Shown in pieces: positions 45,147 through 54,709 of a stretch of 64,000 nt of DNA. Location of the stretch: positions 28,626 to 92,625 of the forward strand of contig CALJER010000003.1 in NCBI GenBank assembly GCA_938074535.1. Direction: 5' to 3'. The notes beneath the pieces were generated by a model. The model did no database searches, was not told the DNA's origin, and was given only the letters and a program-made list of their open reading frames with translations. Source of the DNA: an uncultured archaeon (GTDB lineage: Archaea > Hadarchaeota > Hadarchaeia > Hadarchaeales > WYZ-LMO6). The translations under genes and the position numbers were made by a program. Each line of letters begins with the position of its first letter. Position 1 is the stretch's first letter.

Positions 45147-46753
45147 ACCTCTTCGTCCGCTCCTGCAGGTGGGCCGGGCGGTGGCTGGGCGTCCGCTGGG
45201 GGGAGGACGGGAGGCTTGAAGAGAGCCTCCGGTTTCTCGGATGGGGGGTGGGGGTGGGGGAGGTCAGGGCCCTGGCCTTCCTCCTCTCCCTGCTTTCCCT
45301 CTTCCTCCTCCTTCCCTTCCTCCTCCTCTCCTGGAGGTTCGCCCCCCTCCTCTTCGTCCCCCCTCTGGTCTACCTGGGGGTGAGCGGCTATCCCCTCCAG
45401 GCGGCGGAGGGAGAGAAGAGGAGGAGGGTGGGCGAGGTGCCCAGGCTCCTCTGCACCCTCTCCTCCTCCCTCCTCCTCAATCCCAATCCGGAGGTGGCGG
45501 GGGAGTTCGCCGCGGGGAGCACCGGGGGAAGGATGGGGCCCGAGCTGGGGAAGGAACTCTGCAGGGTCTTCCTCCGGGTCCACAGGGAGGCGGGGGAGGC
45601 CCTCAGGGGGCTCTCGAGGAAGTGGGGGGACCCGCCTGAGCTCTCCAGGCCCCTCCACCTCCTCCTGGCTTCCGTGAGGATGGGCGGGGAGGACAGGAGG
45701 AAAGCGGTGGAGCGGGCGCTGGAGGGTTCGCTGGAGGCGGTGAGGGAGAGGGTCAGGGAGTTCGTGGGCTGGGTGAGGTTCCCCCTCTTCCTGCTCTACT
45801 CCTTCGGGATCCTCCTGCCCCTCTGCCTTCTCACCCTCATCCCCGCGCTGGGTTCCCTGGGTCTTCTCTCCACACCCCTCCCCCTGGCCTTCCTCTACGG
45901 CTTCCTCCTCCCGCTGGTGCTGCACCTGCTCAGTTCGTGGATCCTCTCCAGGCGTCCCTCCGTTTCCCCTCCTCCGGAGCTCCACCCCGGCAGGGAGAGG
46001 GGAGCCCTCCTCCCCTTCCTCCTCCTTCTCCTACCCCTCGGCCTGCCCTTCCCCTCCCCCGAGGTGAGGGTGCTGGTCCTCCTCTGGTCGGTGGTCCTTT
46101 CCCTCTCCCTCCACCTCCTCCTCACCTCCCGCGGGTTGAGGGAGGAGCGCCGCCGCCTGCGGGAGCTGGAGGAGGACTTCCCGGAGATGCTCCAGGAGCT
46201 GGGAAGCGAGCTCAGGGGAGGGAGACCGTGGGAGGAGGCGCTGGGGAGGGTGGCGGAGGGGCGCGGGACCCCCGGGAGGTGGGAGGGGAGGCCCTCGGGG
46301 CTGGTGGGGGGCGTCCTCTCCCTGGTGGCCGAGCTGGCTAAGCGGAGCGAGAGGGCGGCGGGTGAAGCGGCCCTCCAGCTTTCCTCCCACCTGAGGAGGC
46401 TGAAGGAGGTGGAGCGCAGGGGAAGGGAGGAGATGGCCGAAGTCTCCTCCTCCATGCGCTCCCTGGCCCTTTTCTTCTCACCCCTCATCACCTCCCTCAC
46501 CTGCCAGATGTACGCGCTCCTCTGGAGGAAAGGGGCGGGCCTCTGCGGCCCCCTGCCCCCACCCCTCCTCCTTCTCCTCCTCGGGTTCTACCAGCTGATT
46601 CTCTCCCTGTTCCTCCTCTCCCTGGTCTCGGAGATGGAGGGGGAGGACAGGATAGGAAAAAGGCTCCTGCTGGCTTCTGGTCTGCCCCTCTCCCTTTCCG
46701 TGTTCACCCTGGGGACGGTGGGAGGGGGTGTCCTGCTCGACTGGCTCACCTGA
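45143..46753 (+). CDS. TadC/GspF-like membrane platform protein
   Basis: Two GspF-like repeats (VPRLL..SSLLLNPNPE.A; FPEMLQELGSELRGGRPWEEAL) and multiple TMs; coupled to the ATPase. Confidence 0.78.
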   Translation: MNLFVRSCRWAGRWLGVRWGEDGRLEESLRFLGWGVGVGEVRALAFLLSLLSLFLLLPFLLLSWRFAPLLFVPPLVYLGVSGYPLQAAEGEKRRRVGEVPRLLCTLSSSLLLNPNPEVAGEFAAGSTGGRMGPELGKELCRVFLRVHREAGEALRGLSRKWGDPPELSRPLHLLLASVRMGGEDRRKAVERALEGSLEAVRERVREFVGWVRFPLFLLYSFGILLPLCLLTLIPALGSLGLLSTPLPLAFLYGFLLPLVLHLLSSWILSRRPSVSPPPELHPGRERGALLPFLLLLLPLGLPFPSPEVRVLVLLWSVVLSLSLHLLLTSRGLREERRRLRELEEDFPEMLQELGSELRGGRPWEEALGRVAEGRGTPGRWEGRPSGLVGGVLSLVAELAKRSERAAGEAALQLSSHLRRLKEVERRGREEMAEVSSSMRSLALFFSPLITSLTCQMYALLWRKGAGLCGPLPPPLLLLLLGFYQLILSLFLLSLVSEMEGEDRIGKRLLLASGLPLSLSVFTLGTVGGGVLLDWLT

Positions 46754-47498
46754 CCCCCTGGGGGAGGAAGGCGTCCAGTCCGCTCCTCCTGGGCAGCTCC
46801 GTTACGTAGATGCTTTTCCTGGCGGGAAGGGAAGCGTTCGCCACCACCGTCCTCCCCAGGGTGGCCTCCAGGACGGAGGCCCTGTGGGCATGGGCGTGGA
46901 CCCAGAGGTCGGGCTGCCTCCTCGCTATCACCTCCTCCAGCTTCCTGTTCCCGATTTCCGGCCAGGATTCCGGTCTCTCCCCCTTCACGGTGGCGAAGGT
47001 GGGAGCGTAGTGGGTGAGGACCACCCTCACCTCCGCGTCCAGCTCCTTCAGCAGCCGGTCCAGGAGTTTCACCCTCTCCTCGTAGATCCTGCCTATGCCG
47101 GGGAGATGGGTGCTCTGCCAGTAGGTGGGGCGGGAGAGGGAACCCTGGGAGCCTACCACCCCCACCCTGAGACCCTTCACCTCCAGCACCACCGCCTGGT
47201 CCTCCACCCAGCGCGGGGCCCCCAGCTCCAGGTACTTCTTCCTTTCCTGGAGGTACTCCTCGTTTCCGAAGCAGGCGAGGACCTCCCCCCCGTGGAACCT
47301 CCTGAGGGTCTCCAGCAGGGGGGCCAGCTGGGTGTGGTCGTTCTTGTAAACGAGGTCCCCGGCCAGCAGGAAGAGGTCCGCTTTGCCCATCCTGCTCAGG
47401 GCTTCCTCAAAGAGGTCCAGGTACTTGGGGGAGTGAATGTCCCCCGCGGCCGCAATCCTGAGCCCCAACCTTCCCAGCTCCTTCCGCTCCCCACTCAA
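46746..47498 (-). CDS. Calcineurin-like metallophosphoesterase
   Basis: GDIH, AGD, GNEE, THY and HAHAH. Confidence 0.88.
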   Translation of the reverse strand: MSGERKELGRLGLRIAAAGDIHSPKYLDLFEEALSRMGKADLFLLAGDLVYKNDHTQLAPLLETLRRFHGGEVLACFGNEEYLQERKKYLELGAPRWVEDQAVVLEVKGLRVGVVGSQGSLSRPTYWQSTHLPGIGRIYEERVKLLDRLLKELDAEVRVVLTHYAPTFATVKGERPESWPEIGNRKLEEVIARRQPDLWVHAHAHRASVLEATLGRTVVANASLPARKSIYVTELPRRSGLDAFLPQGVR

Positions 47499-47529
47499 AA
47501 AGGAGCCGTCCCCACCCTGCTCGCCGGGA

Positions 47530-47787
47530 TCACCTGGGCTTGGCTTTGAAGGCCGTGAGGGTCACGGTTCTGCGGATGTGCGGCAGCTTCCTGATCTCTA
47601 TCACGGCCTTATCCACGTCCTTTATGCTGCCTTCCAGGACGCACACCACGTCGTACTCCCCGTGTACGAAGTCCACCATGCTCACCTGCGGGGTCTTCCT
47701 CAGCTGCGGTATCACGTATTCCTCCTTTCCCGGCTCCACCTCTATCAGCAGGTAGGACCTCCCTGTCGAGGAGGGATCCATGCTCAT
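47530..47787 (-). CDS. Stand-alone Lrp/AsnC ligand-binding (RAM) domain protein
   Basis: YLLIEVEPGKE, VHGEYDVV and IRRTVTL. Confidence 0.85.
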   Translation of the reverse strand: MSMDPSSTGRSYLLIEVEPGKEEYVIPQLRKTPQVSMVDFVHGEYDVVCVLEGSIKDVDKAVIEIRKLPHIRRTVTLTAFKAKPR

Positions 47788-47887
47788 CTACCCACTCTTC
47801 TTTCTGAGGTCCTGAGCTTTTATAGAATCACATCCGTGTTTCCCAACCTTTTTTTAATCCGTCCCGTGCTTTATGCTCGGTGAGAGG

Positions 47888-50527
47888 ATGCAGACCCCCA
47901 AGGAGTACAATCCGGGGGAGGTGGAGCCCAAGTGGCAGAAGTGGTGGGAAGAGAGGGGCATCTACAGGTTCGATCCTGAGAGCAGGGCCCCCACCTACGT
48001 GATAGACACCCCTCCCCCCTATCCCAGCGGGGAGTTCCATCTGGGCACGGCCCTGAACTGGACCTACATGGACATCGTGGCCAGGTACAAGCGCATGAGG
48101 GGCTACAACGTCCTCTTCCCGCAGGGCTGGGACTGCCACGGCCTTCCCACGGAGGTGCAGGTGGAGAGGAAGTACGGGATAAGGAAGGGGGACCTTCCCC
48201 CGGAGAAGTTCAGGGAACTCTGCGTGAAGCTCACGGAGGAGAACATAGAGAAGATGAAGAAGGAAATGCGCTCGATGGGGTTCTCCATGGACTGGAGCAG
48301 GGAGTACAGGACGATGGATCCCTCCTACTTCTACAGGACCCAGCTTTCCTTCGTCAGGCTCTACAGGCAGGGGAGGATCTACAGGGGGGAACATCCCGTC
48401 AACTGGTGCCCCAGATGCGAGACCGCCATAGCCGACGCCGAGGTCGAGTACGAGGAGAGGGAAGGGAAGCTGAACTACCTCCGCTTCAGGCTGGAGGGCG
48501 GAGGGGAGCTGGTCGTCGCCACCACCCGCCCGGAATACCTGCCCGCCTGCGTGGTGGTGGCGGTCCACCCCGAGGACAGGAGGTACCGGCAGTACGTGGG
48601 TAGGAAGGTGGAGGTGCCGGCCTGCGGCAGGAAGGTGGAGGTGATTCAGGATCCAGAGGTGGACCCGAACTTCGGGACGGGTGTGGTGATGATCTGCACC
48701 TACGGTGACAAGACGGATGTGAGGTGGGTGGCCAGGTACGGCCTTCCCGTGATCAGGCTTCTGGATGAGAGGGGGAGGCTGACGGAGGAGGCGGGAAAGT
48801 ACGCGGGGATGAGCGTGGAGGAGGCCAGGAAGAAAATCGTGGAGGATCTCAGGAGGGAGGGAAGCCTGCTCAGGGAGGAGAGCCTGGTGCAAAGCGTGGG
48901 GGTCTGCTGGAGGTGTAAGACCCCCGTGGAAATCCTGACGAAGAGGCAGTGGTTCATGAGGGTTCTGGACCTCAGGGAGAGGGTGGTGGAGGAGGCCAGG
49001 AAGGTGAGGTGGGTGCCAGAGTACATGGGCCAGCGCCTGGTGGATTGGGCGAACTCCATGGAATGGGACTGGGTGATTTCAAGGCAGAGGATTTTCGCCA
49101 CCCCCATCCCCGTCTGGTACTGCAAGAGGTGCGGGGAGACGGTGGTGGCGGAGGAGGACCAGCTTCCCGTGAACCCCCTCACGGACAGGCCCAGGGGGAA
49201 GTGCCCGAGGTGCGGAGGTGAGGACTTCGAGGGTGAGAGGGATGTGCTGGACACCTGGATGGACAGCTCCGTCACCATCGCCGTCCACGCAGGCTGGCCC
49301 GAGCTGGACAGGAGGCTCTTCCCCGCTGACCTCCAGCCCAACGGCACGGACATCATAAGGACCTGGGACTACTACCTGATGGTCAGGCACCTCGCCCTGC
49401 TGGGAGAGGCCCCCTACCGGACCGTCCTCATCAACGGCATGGTCTTCGGCGAGGATGGGAGGAAAATGTCAAAGTCGCTAGGCAACTTCATCGACACCTC
49501 CGCCGTGTACGAGAAGTACGGTGCCGATGCCCTCAGGCAGTGGAGCGTGCTGGCTGCCTCCACGGGTTCGGATGTGCCCTTCTCCTGGAAGGAAGTGGTG
49601 CATGGCTACAGGTTCATGCAGAAGCTCTGGAATGCTGCGAGGTTCGCCGGACCCCACCTGGTCGGGGTCAGGGGTCCGGAGGGGTTGAACCTGAGGGCGG
49701 TGGACAGGTGGATCCTGAGCAGGCTGCAGAAGGTGGTGGAAGGGGTCACCTCCCTGCTGGAGGACTTCCAGTTCAACCGGGCCCTCATCTCCCTCCAGTC
49801 CTTCGTCTGGCACGAGTTCTGCGACCTCTACATAGAGGAGGTCAAGCACAGGCTCTACGGGAGCCGCCCGGAGGAGGTGAGGTACGTGCTGAGGGAGGTG
49901 CTCTCGAAGGTGTGCAGGCTGCTGGCCCCCTTCATCCCCCATCTCACGGAGGAGATCTACCAGACCTACCTGAAGGAGGAGGGCTACCCCAGCGTGCACC
50001 TCGCCCCCTGGCCTTCGCCCGAGAAGGAGAGGGTGGACGAGGAGGCGGAGAGGACGGCCGAGCTCCTCCACAGGGTGCTGAGCTCCCTCCGCCAGTTCAA
50101 GTCCTCCCGTGGCATGCCCCTCAGCGGGGAGCTGGGAGAGGTGAGGATCTTCGCTCCCCCGCCCGTGCTGGAGAGGCTCAGGGAGGTGGAGGAGGACCTG
50201 GTGGCCACCGCTCACCTCAGAGAGCTGCACCTCTCCTCCGAAAAGCCGGAGCTGGAGGAGAGGGTGGTGGCCGTGGAGCCGGACCTCTCCAGGCTGGGGC
50301 CCAGGCTGCGCTCGGGGGTGAAGAAGCTGGTGGAGTTCCTCCGGAAACACGGCCCGGAGGTGGCGGAGGGTCTGGAGAGGGGTCCCCTCACGCTGGAAGT
50401 GGGGGGGGAGAGGGTGGAGCTGTACCCCCAGGACGTCAGGGTGAGGAAGGAGGTCTCCTACAGGGGGGAGGGCGTGGAGGTGGTCAGGCTGGAGGCTCCC
50501 GAGCTCCTCCTGCTCATCGGACGCTGA
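47888..50527 (+). CDS. valS: Valine--tRNA ligase
   Basis: DTPPPYPSG.FHLG, GWDCHGLP, DWVISRQR, DTWMDS and KMSKS. Confidence 0.96.
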   Translation: MQTPKEYNPGEVEPKWQKWWEERGIYRFDPESRAPTYVIDTPPPYPSGEFHLGTALNWTYMDIVARYKRMRGYNVLFPQGWDCHGLPTEVQVERKYGIRKGDLPPEKFRELCVKLTEENIEKMKKEMRSMGFSMDWSREYRTMDPSYFYRTQLSFVRLYRQGRIYRGEHPVNWCPRCETAIADAEVEYEEREGKLNYLRFRLEGGGELVVATTRPEYLPACVVVAVHPEDRRYRQYVGRKVEVPACGRKVEVIQDPEVDPNFGTGVVMICTYGDKTDVRWVARYGLPVIRLLDERGRLTEEAGKYAGMSVEEARKKIVEDLRREGSLLREESLVQSVGVCWRCKTPVEILTKRQWFMRVLDLRERVVEEARKVRWVPEYMGQRLVDWANSMEWDWVISRQRIFATPIPVWYCKRCGETVVAEEDQLPVNPLTDRPRGKCPRCGGEDFEGERDVLDTWMDSSVTIAVHAGWPELDRRLFPADLQPNGTDIIRTWDYYLMVRHLALLGEAPYRTVLINGMVFGEDGRKMSKSLGNFIDTSAVYEKYGADALRQWSVLAASTGSDVPFSWKEVVHGYRFMQKLWNAARFAGPHLVGVRGPEGLNLRAVDRWILSRLQKVVEGVTSLLEDFQFNRALISLQSFVWHEFCDLYIEEVKHRLYGSRPEEVRYVLREVLSKVCRLLAPFIPHLTEEIYQTYLKEEGYPSVHLAPWPSPEKERVDEEAERTAELLHRVLSSLRQFKSSRGMPLSGELGEVRIFAPPPVLERLREVEEDLVATAHLRELHLSSEKPELEERVVAVEPDLSRLGPRLRSGVKKLVEFLRKHGPEVAEGLERGPLTLEVGGERVELYPQDVRVRKEVSYRGEGVEVVRLEAPELLLLIGR

Positions 50528-50699
50528 TCATCCAGAGGAGGATCAGGAGGAGGAGGATCAGGAGGAGGGAAAAGAGCCTGGCCCTCCTCATCCTCTCTTG
50601 CTGGGTCCTGAAAAGCTCCTCGCAGGGGGGTGAGCAAAAGAGCTTTTCCTTCTCCACGACCTTTCCGCAGACGGGGCAGTGCCTGTGATCCTCCACCAT
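50514..50699 (-). CDS. DUF2116 family Zn-ribbon membrane protein
   Basis: HRHCPVCG..FCS..C followed by a C-terminal TM. Confidence 0.85.
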   Translation of the reverse strand: MVEDHRHCPVCGKVVEKEKLFCSPPCEELFRTQQERMRRARLFSLLLILLLLILLWMISVR

Positions 50700-50703
50700 C
50701 TCC

Positions 50704-51387
50704 TCATCCCGGTAGGATCTCCGTTCCCCCGTGCTCCCCCCCTTCCACGATGAGGGGTATCCTGGGGATCTCCCCCCTCCCTATCACCACCGTCCTTATC
50801 CTGAGCTGGTGCAGCAGCTTCACCGCCACGGGGTCCAGCACGGTCCTCATCCCCGGGGTCACCCTCGTCCCCACCAGCTTCATGAGCTCCCCCGCCCCGA
50901 TCCTGTCCAGCTTCCTGGCGGTGGGGTCAACCTTGGGGTCGGCGCTGTAGATCCCGCCCACATCCGTCACGAACAGCAGCGCGGAGGAACCGGTGGCCTT
51001 TGCGCCCATGGCGGCCACCGCGTCTGTGGTGTGCCCGGGCACCGTGCCCCCCATCACGGGGACCTTTCCCCTCAGCATGAGCTGCAGGGCCTCCCTGAAA
51101 GTGGCCGGGGGGGAGGGCTCGGAGAGCTCCCCCAGCGCCATGGCGAGCAGCCTTGCGTTCAGGCGCGTGACCTCTATTCCCAGCTCGTGCAGGAGGACCT
51201 CGGAGCCCCCCAGCTCCTCCCCCACCCCTATGTACCTCCTGGCCGGTTCTCCTCCCCCCACCACCACCAGCACCTGGTGCCTCCTCTCCACCAGTTCCCT
51301 CACCGCCCCGGCCGCCAGCCTGAAGCTCTCCAGGTCCGGCCACTCTGGGGAGAGAACGGAGCCGCCGAAGTTCAGGGTGATCCTCAC
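50704..51387 (-). CDS. pyrH: Uridylate kinase
   Basis: FGGS, VVGGG..AR.YI, MGGTVPGHTTDAVAA, DVGGIYSADPK and GTEI. Confidence 0.93.
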   Translation of the reverse strand: MRITLNFGGSVLSPEWPDLESFRLAAGAVRELVERRHQVLVVVGGGEPARRYIGVGEELGGSEVLLHELGIEVTRLNARLLAMALGELSEPSPPATFREALQLMLRGKVPVMGGTVPGHTTDAVAAMGAKATGSSALLFVTDVGGIYSADPKVDPTARKLDRIGAGELMKLVGTRVTPGMRTVLDPVAVKLLHQLRIRTVVIGRGEIPRIPLIVEGGEHGGTEILPG

Positions 51388-51427
51388 ATGCTTTCTTAAG
51401 CGTGCAGCTAAAAAAGGGGTGGGGAAG

Positions 51428-52684
51428 ATGGCCGAGAGATCCCTCTACCACTTCAGGCGGCTGCTGGAGGAGCTGGAGGAAAAGTCCGGGAGGGGGACGG
51501 AGCTCATCTCCGTCTACATCCCCCCCGGTTACGATCTGGCCAAGGTGATGGCCCAGCTCAGGGAGGAACAGGGGACGGCGGAGAACATCAAGTCCAAGAC
51601 CACCAGAAAGAACGTGCTGGGGGCCCTGGAGAGGGTGATACAGTTCCTCCGCACCTACATGGAAGCCAACCGCGTTCCCCCCCCTCACGGCATGGTGGTT
51701 TTCGCCGGGAACGTGGCGGGGAGGGAGGACACGTCGGACATCCAGCTCTACTGGATCGAGCCCCCCGAGCCCGTTCCCATCCGCCTCTACCGCTGCGACC
51801 AGCAGTTCGTGCTCGAGCCCCTGAAGCAGATGCTGGAGCCCAAGGAGCTGGTGGGGCTCATCACGCTGGACGGGAAGGAGGCCACCCTGGCCCTCCTGAA
51901 GGGGAAACACCTGGAGGTGGTGGACCACCTCTACTCGGGGGTCTGGGGAAAGCACTCGAGGGGCGGGCAGTCGGCCAGGAGGTTCGAGAGGATAAGGGAG
52001 TACGCCATGCACGAGTACCTGAAGAGGGTGGCCGAGGCGGCCTCCGCGGCCTTCGGAAAGATCCCCGACCTGAAGTGCATCATCGTGGGCGGGCCCGGGC
52101 CCACCAAGGAGGAGTTCCTGAAGGCCGAGCTCCTGCCTCCGGACCTGGCGAGGAAAGTGGCGGCGGTCCTGGACACGGGGTACACGGACGAGTACGGGGC
52201 GAAGGAACTGGTGGACAGGGCGGAGGAGGTGCTGAAGGAGCTGGAGATCATGAAGGAGAAGAATCTGATGAGGAGGTTCATGACGGGCCTGGTTTCGCCC
52301 GAGGTACCGGTGGCTCACGGGGAGGAGGAGGTGAGGAGGCACCTGGAGGCGGGGGCGGTGGAGGTCCTCCTCCTCTCCGAGCGGCTGCGGAAGATCAGGG
52401 TGAAGGTGAGGTGCGAGAGCTGCGGGCGGACCTCGCAGGAGACCACCGGAAACCTGGAGTTCTACCGGAGGCAGCTGCAGGGGAGGTCCTGCCCCTTCTG
52501 CGGGGAGGCCAAGCTCTCCCTCCAGGAGTCCAGGGATGTGGTGCAGGAGCTGATGGAAACGGCGGAGAGGTTCGGCTCGAAGGTGGAGTTCATCTCCACG
52601 GAGACGGATGAAGGAAGGCAGCTCCACGAGAGCTTCGGTGGGGTGGGGGCCCTGCTGAGGTTCAGGGTACAGGGCCGCTCCTAG
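51428..52684 (+). CDS. prf1: Peptide chain release factor aRF1
   Basis: GTELISVYIP, NIKS, YRCD, GGQSARRF, and a Zn-ribbon insert. Confidence 0.96.
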   Translation: MAERSLYHFRRLLEELEEKSGRGTELISVYIPPGYDLAKVMAQLREEQGTAENIKSKTTRKNVLGALERVIQFLRTYMEANRVPPPHGMVVFAGNVAGREDTSDIQLYWIEPPEPVPIRLYRCDQQFVLEPLKQMLEPKELVGLITLDGKEATLALLKGKHLEVVDHLYSGVWGKHSRGGQSARRFERIREYAMHEYLKRVAEAASAAFGKIPDLKCIIVGGPGPTKEEFLKAELLPPDLARKVAAVLDTGYTDEYGAKELVDRAEEVLKELEIMKEKNLMRRFMTGLVSPEVPVAHGEEEVRRHLEAGAVEVLLLSERLRKIRVKVRCESCGRTSQETTGNLEFYRRQLQGRSCPFCGEAKLSLQESRDVVQELMETAERFGSKVEFISTETDEGRQLHESFGGVGALLRFRVQGRS

Positions 52685-53121
52685 CGGGTCTCCTTGAAGC
52701 TCTCTATGGCCACGAGGGTTTCTATCTCCCTCATCAGGCCGGAGGAGTCCGTGAGTTTCTCGAGGAACTTGTTGAGGGAGGGAACGTCCCTGGCCCTTAC
52801 CTTCACCAGGAGGTTGTGGTTCCCCGTGATCCTGTGCACCTCGCACACCTCCCTGTAGTGGGAGAGGCGCTGGGTGAGATTCTGCAGGTCCTTGGGGTCC
52901 ACCTCCAGCCTCAGGAAGGCGGTGAGGCCCAGACCCAGCTTCCTGTGGTCCACCTCCACCGTGTACCCCTTTATCACGCGTGACTTCTCCAGTTTCACCA
53001 GTCTCTTCCTGACGGCCGAGATGCTGAGGCCCACCTCCCTTCCGAGTTCCTTCAGGGTCTTCCTCGAGTCCTCGTTGAGGAGCTTCAGCAGCTTCAGGTC
53101 GATGGAGTCCAGCCCCCCCAT
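52681..53121 (-). CDS. Lrp/AsnC family transcriptional regulator
   Basis: LDSIDLKLL..DSR HTH, VIKGYT and ITG. Confidence 0.92.
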   Translation of the reverse strand: MGGLDSIDLKLLKLLNEDSRKTLKELGREVGLSISAVRKRLVKLEKSRVIKGYTVEVDHRKLGLGLTAFLRLEVDPKDLQNLTQRLSHYREVCEVHRITGNHNLLVKVRARDVPSLNKFLEKLTDSSGLMREIETLVAIESFKETR

Positions 53122-53148
53122 GCAGTTTTTTCCTTGGAGGAGTTTTAT

Positions 53149-54702
53149 TTATCCCTTGTTTTTTCTCCCGCGTTTATCCCAAGGCTTGGAATATTTCAGG
53201 GGATGGGGGGAACCGGACTCCAACACCTCCACCCCCAGTCCGGAGCGGAGGCAGACCTCCCTCAGGGAGTCTCCCCACCTCCCGTCGTGGAGGAGCACGA
53301 TCCTCCGGTACTTCTTCCCGTGCCTCTCGAGGTAGCGCGAGAGGGAGAGGCACATCCTCTCCACCTCCTCCTTCTCCAGCCTCCTGGGGGCCACCACCTG
53401 CCCCAGCGGGTAGAGGTCCTCCAGCTCCTCCGGGACCGCCCCGAAGGGAGGCAGGATCCTCACCAGGTGCACCTCCTTCCCCCTCTTCACCTCCTCCCTC
53501 TCAAAGCAGGGAAGGAGGAGGAGCTCTGGGAGGGGGGGAGGCTCGTACTCCTCCATCCTCCTTTCGTGCCTGAGGACCTCCGGCCTCCTGAAGCTTTCGA
53601 GGCCCAGGTAGGAGAAGGCGGAGGGCTTGGTGACGGGGTCGAACCTCTCCACGAAGTCAGCGTAGTCCAGGAACCTCCTGAAGCCCTCCAGCAGCCTCGG
53701 ATGGGACCTGCACCTGAGCTCCGCGTACTCCCAGAGCCTGCCGTCCGCCAGCGCCTGCCTGATCCTCCGCACCTCCCCGAAGAGGACATGCAGGTTGTGC
53801 CTGGCCAGGGCCTTCACCCTCTCCGCTTCGGGTTTCTTCCTGAGGTCCTCAGGGGTGAGGGAGGAGCACACGGGGCACTCGCAGGGGAGGAAGGAGAGCT
53901 CCTCCAGCCTGAGCGTTCTCTCCCTGGTCAGGTACCTCCCGTCCCTCGCGTAGAGGATGTAGGAGGCCGAGTCGAAGGTGTCGCACCCCATCAGCACCGC
54001 CAGGGGAAGCACGGAGGGATGTCCTGCCCCGAAGAGGTGGAGGGGGCGATCGGGGGGAAGGTGCTGCTTGGCCGTCATCACCAGGTCGACCAGGTCCGCG
54101 TATTCGTATCCCTCCAGGAGCTCCACGGGACTGCCCACGGCGTGTGCCTGGTACTCCAGGGAGCCCACGGCCCTGGCGCACTCCGCCAGGAGGTCGAGGT
54201 GCTTGCCCCCCTGCACCGGGGCGCACCAGAGGATGTCGCGATCGCGCCTCACCTCCAGGGCTCTTCTGGCCCTCTCCACGGTCACCCTCACCGTCTCCTC
54301 CGCCTGCTCCCTGGTGGCCCTGGCCCCCGTGGGCACGTCCAGGATGACGGCGAGGTCGGAGCCTATCTCCTCCTGGTACCTCACGATCTCCTCCGGGTCG
54401 GCCTCTATCCCCCCGTATCTCAGGATCTGGTAGCCGCCAGAGTCCGTGGCCACCGGCCCCTCGTAGTCCAGCATCTCGTGGACCTTTCTCCCTCCCCCGA
54501 ACTTCTTCTTCAGGAGGTAGGCGTTGGTCATCACCAGGGCTTCCCCGAACTCCCTTCGGATCTCCCCGGGAGCGAGCACAGGATCGGAGGGGTTCAGGAC
54601 GGGCAGGAGGGCGGGAGTCTGCACCGTCCCGTGTCTGGTCCTGAGCCTGCCCAGCCTTCCCAGACCCTCCCGGCGGGTGATGGTGAAGGTTTCTGCGGAC
54701 AT
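53149..54702 (-). CDS. tgtA: tRNA-guanine(15) transglycosylase (archaeosine)
   Basis: TDSGGYQ, LDVPT, PVQGG, HLFGAGHP, FDSASY, and CECPVC. Confidence 0.95.
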   Translation of the reverse strand: MSAETFTITRREGLGRLGRLRTRHGTVQTPALLPVLNPSDPVLAPGEIRREFGEALVMTNAYLLKKKFGGGRKVHEMLDYEGPVATDSGGYQILRYGGIEADPEEIVRYQEEIGSDLAVILDVPTGARATREQAEETVRVTVERARRALEVRRDRDILWCAPVQGGKHLDLLAECARAVGSLEYQAHAVGSPVELLEGYEYADLVDLVMTAKQHLPPDRPLHLFGAGHPSVLPLAVLMGCDTFDSASYILYARDGRYLTRERTLRLEELSFLPCECPVCSSLTPEDLRKKPEAERVKALARHNLHVLFGEVRRIRQALADGRLWEYAELRCRSHPRLLEGFRRFLDYADFVERFDPVTKPSAFSYLGLESFRRPEVLRHERRMEEYEPPPLPELLLLPCFEREEVKRGKEVHLVRILPPFGAVPEELEDLYPLGQVVAPRRLEKEEVERMCLSLSRYLERHGKKYRRIVLLHDGRWGDSLREVCLRSGLGVEVLESGSPHPLKYSKPWDKRGRKNKG

Positions 54703-54709
54703 CGGGGGT

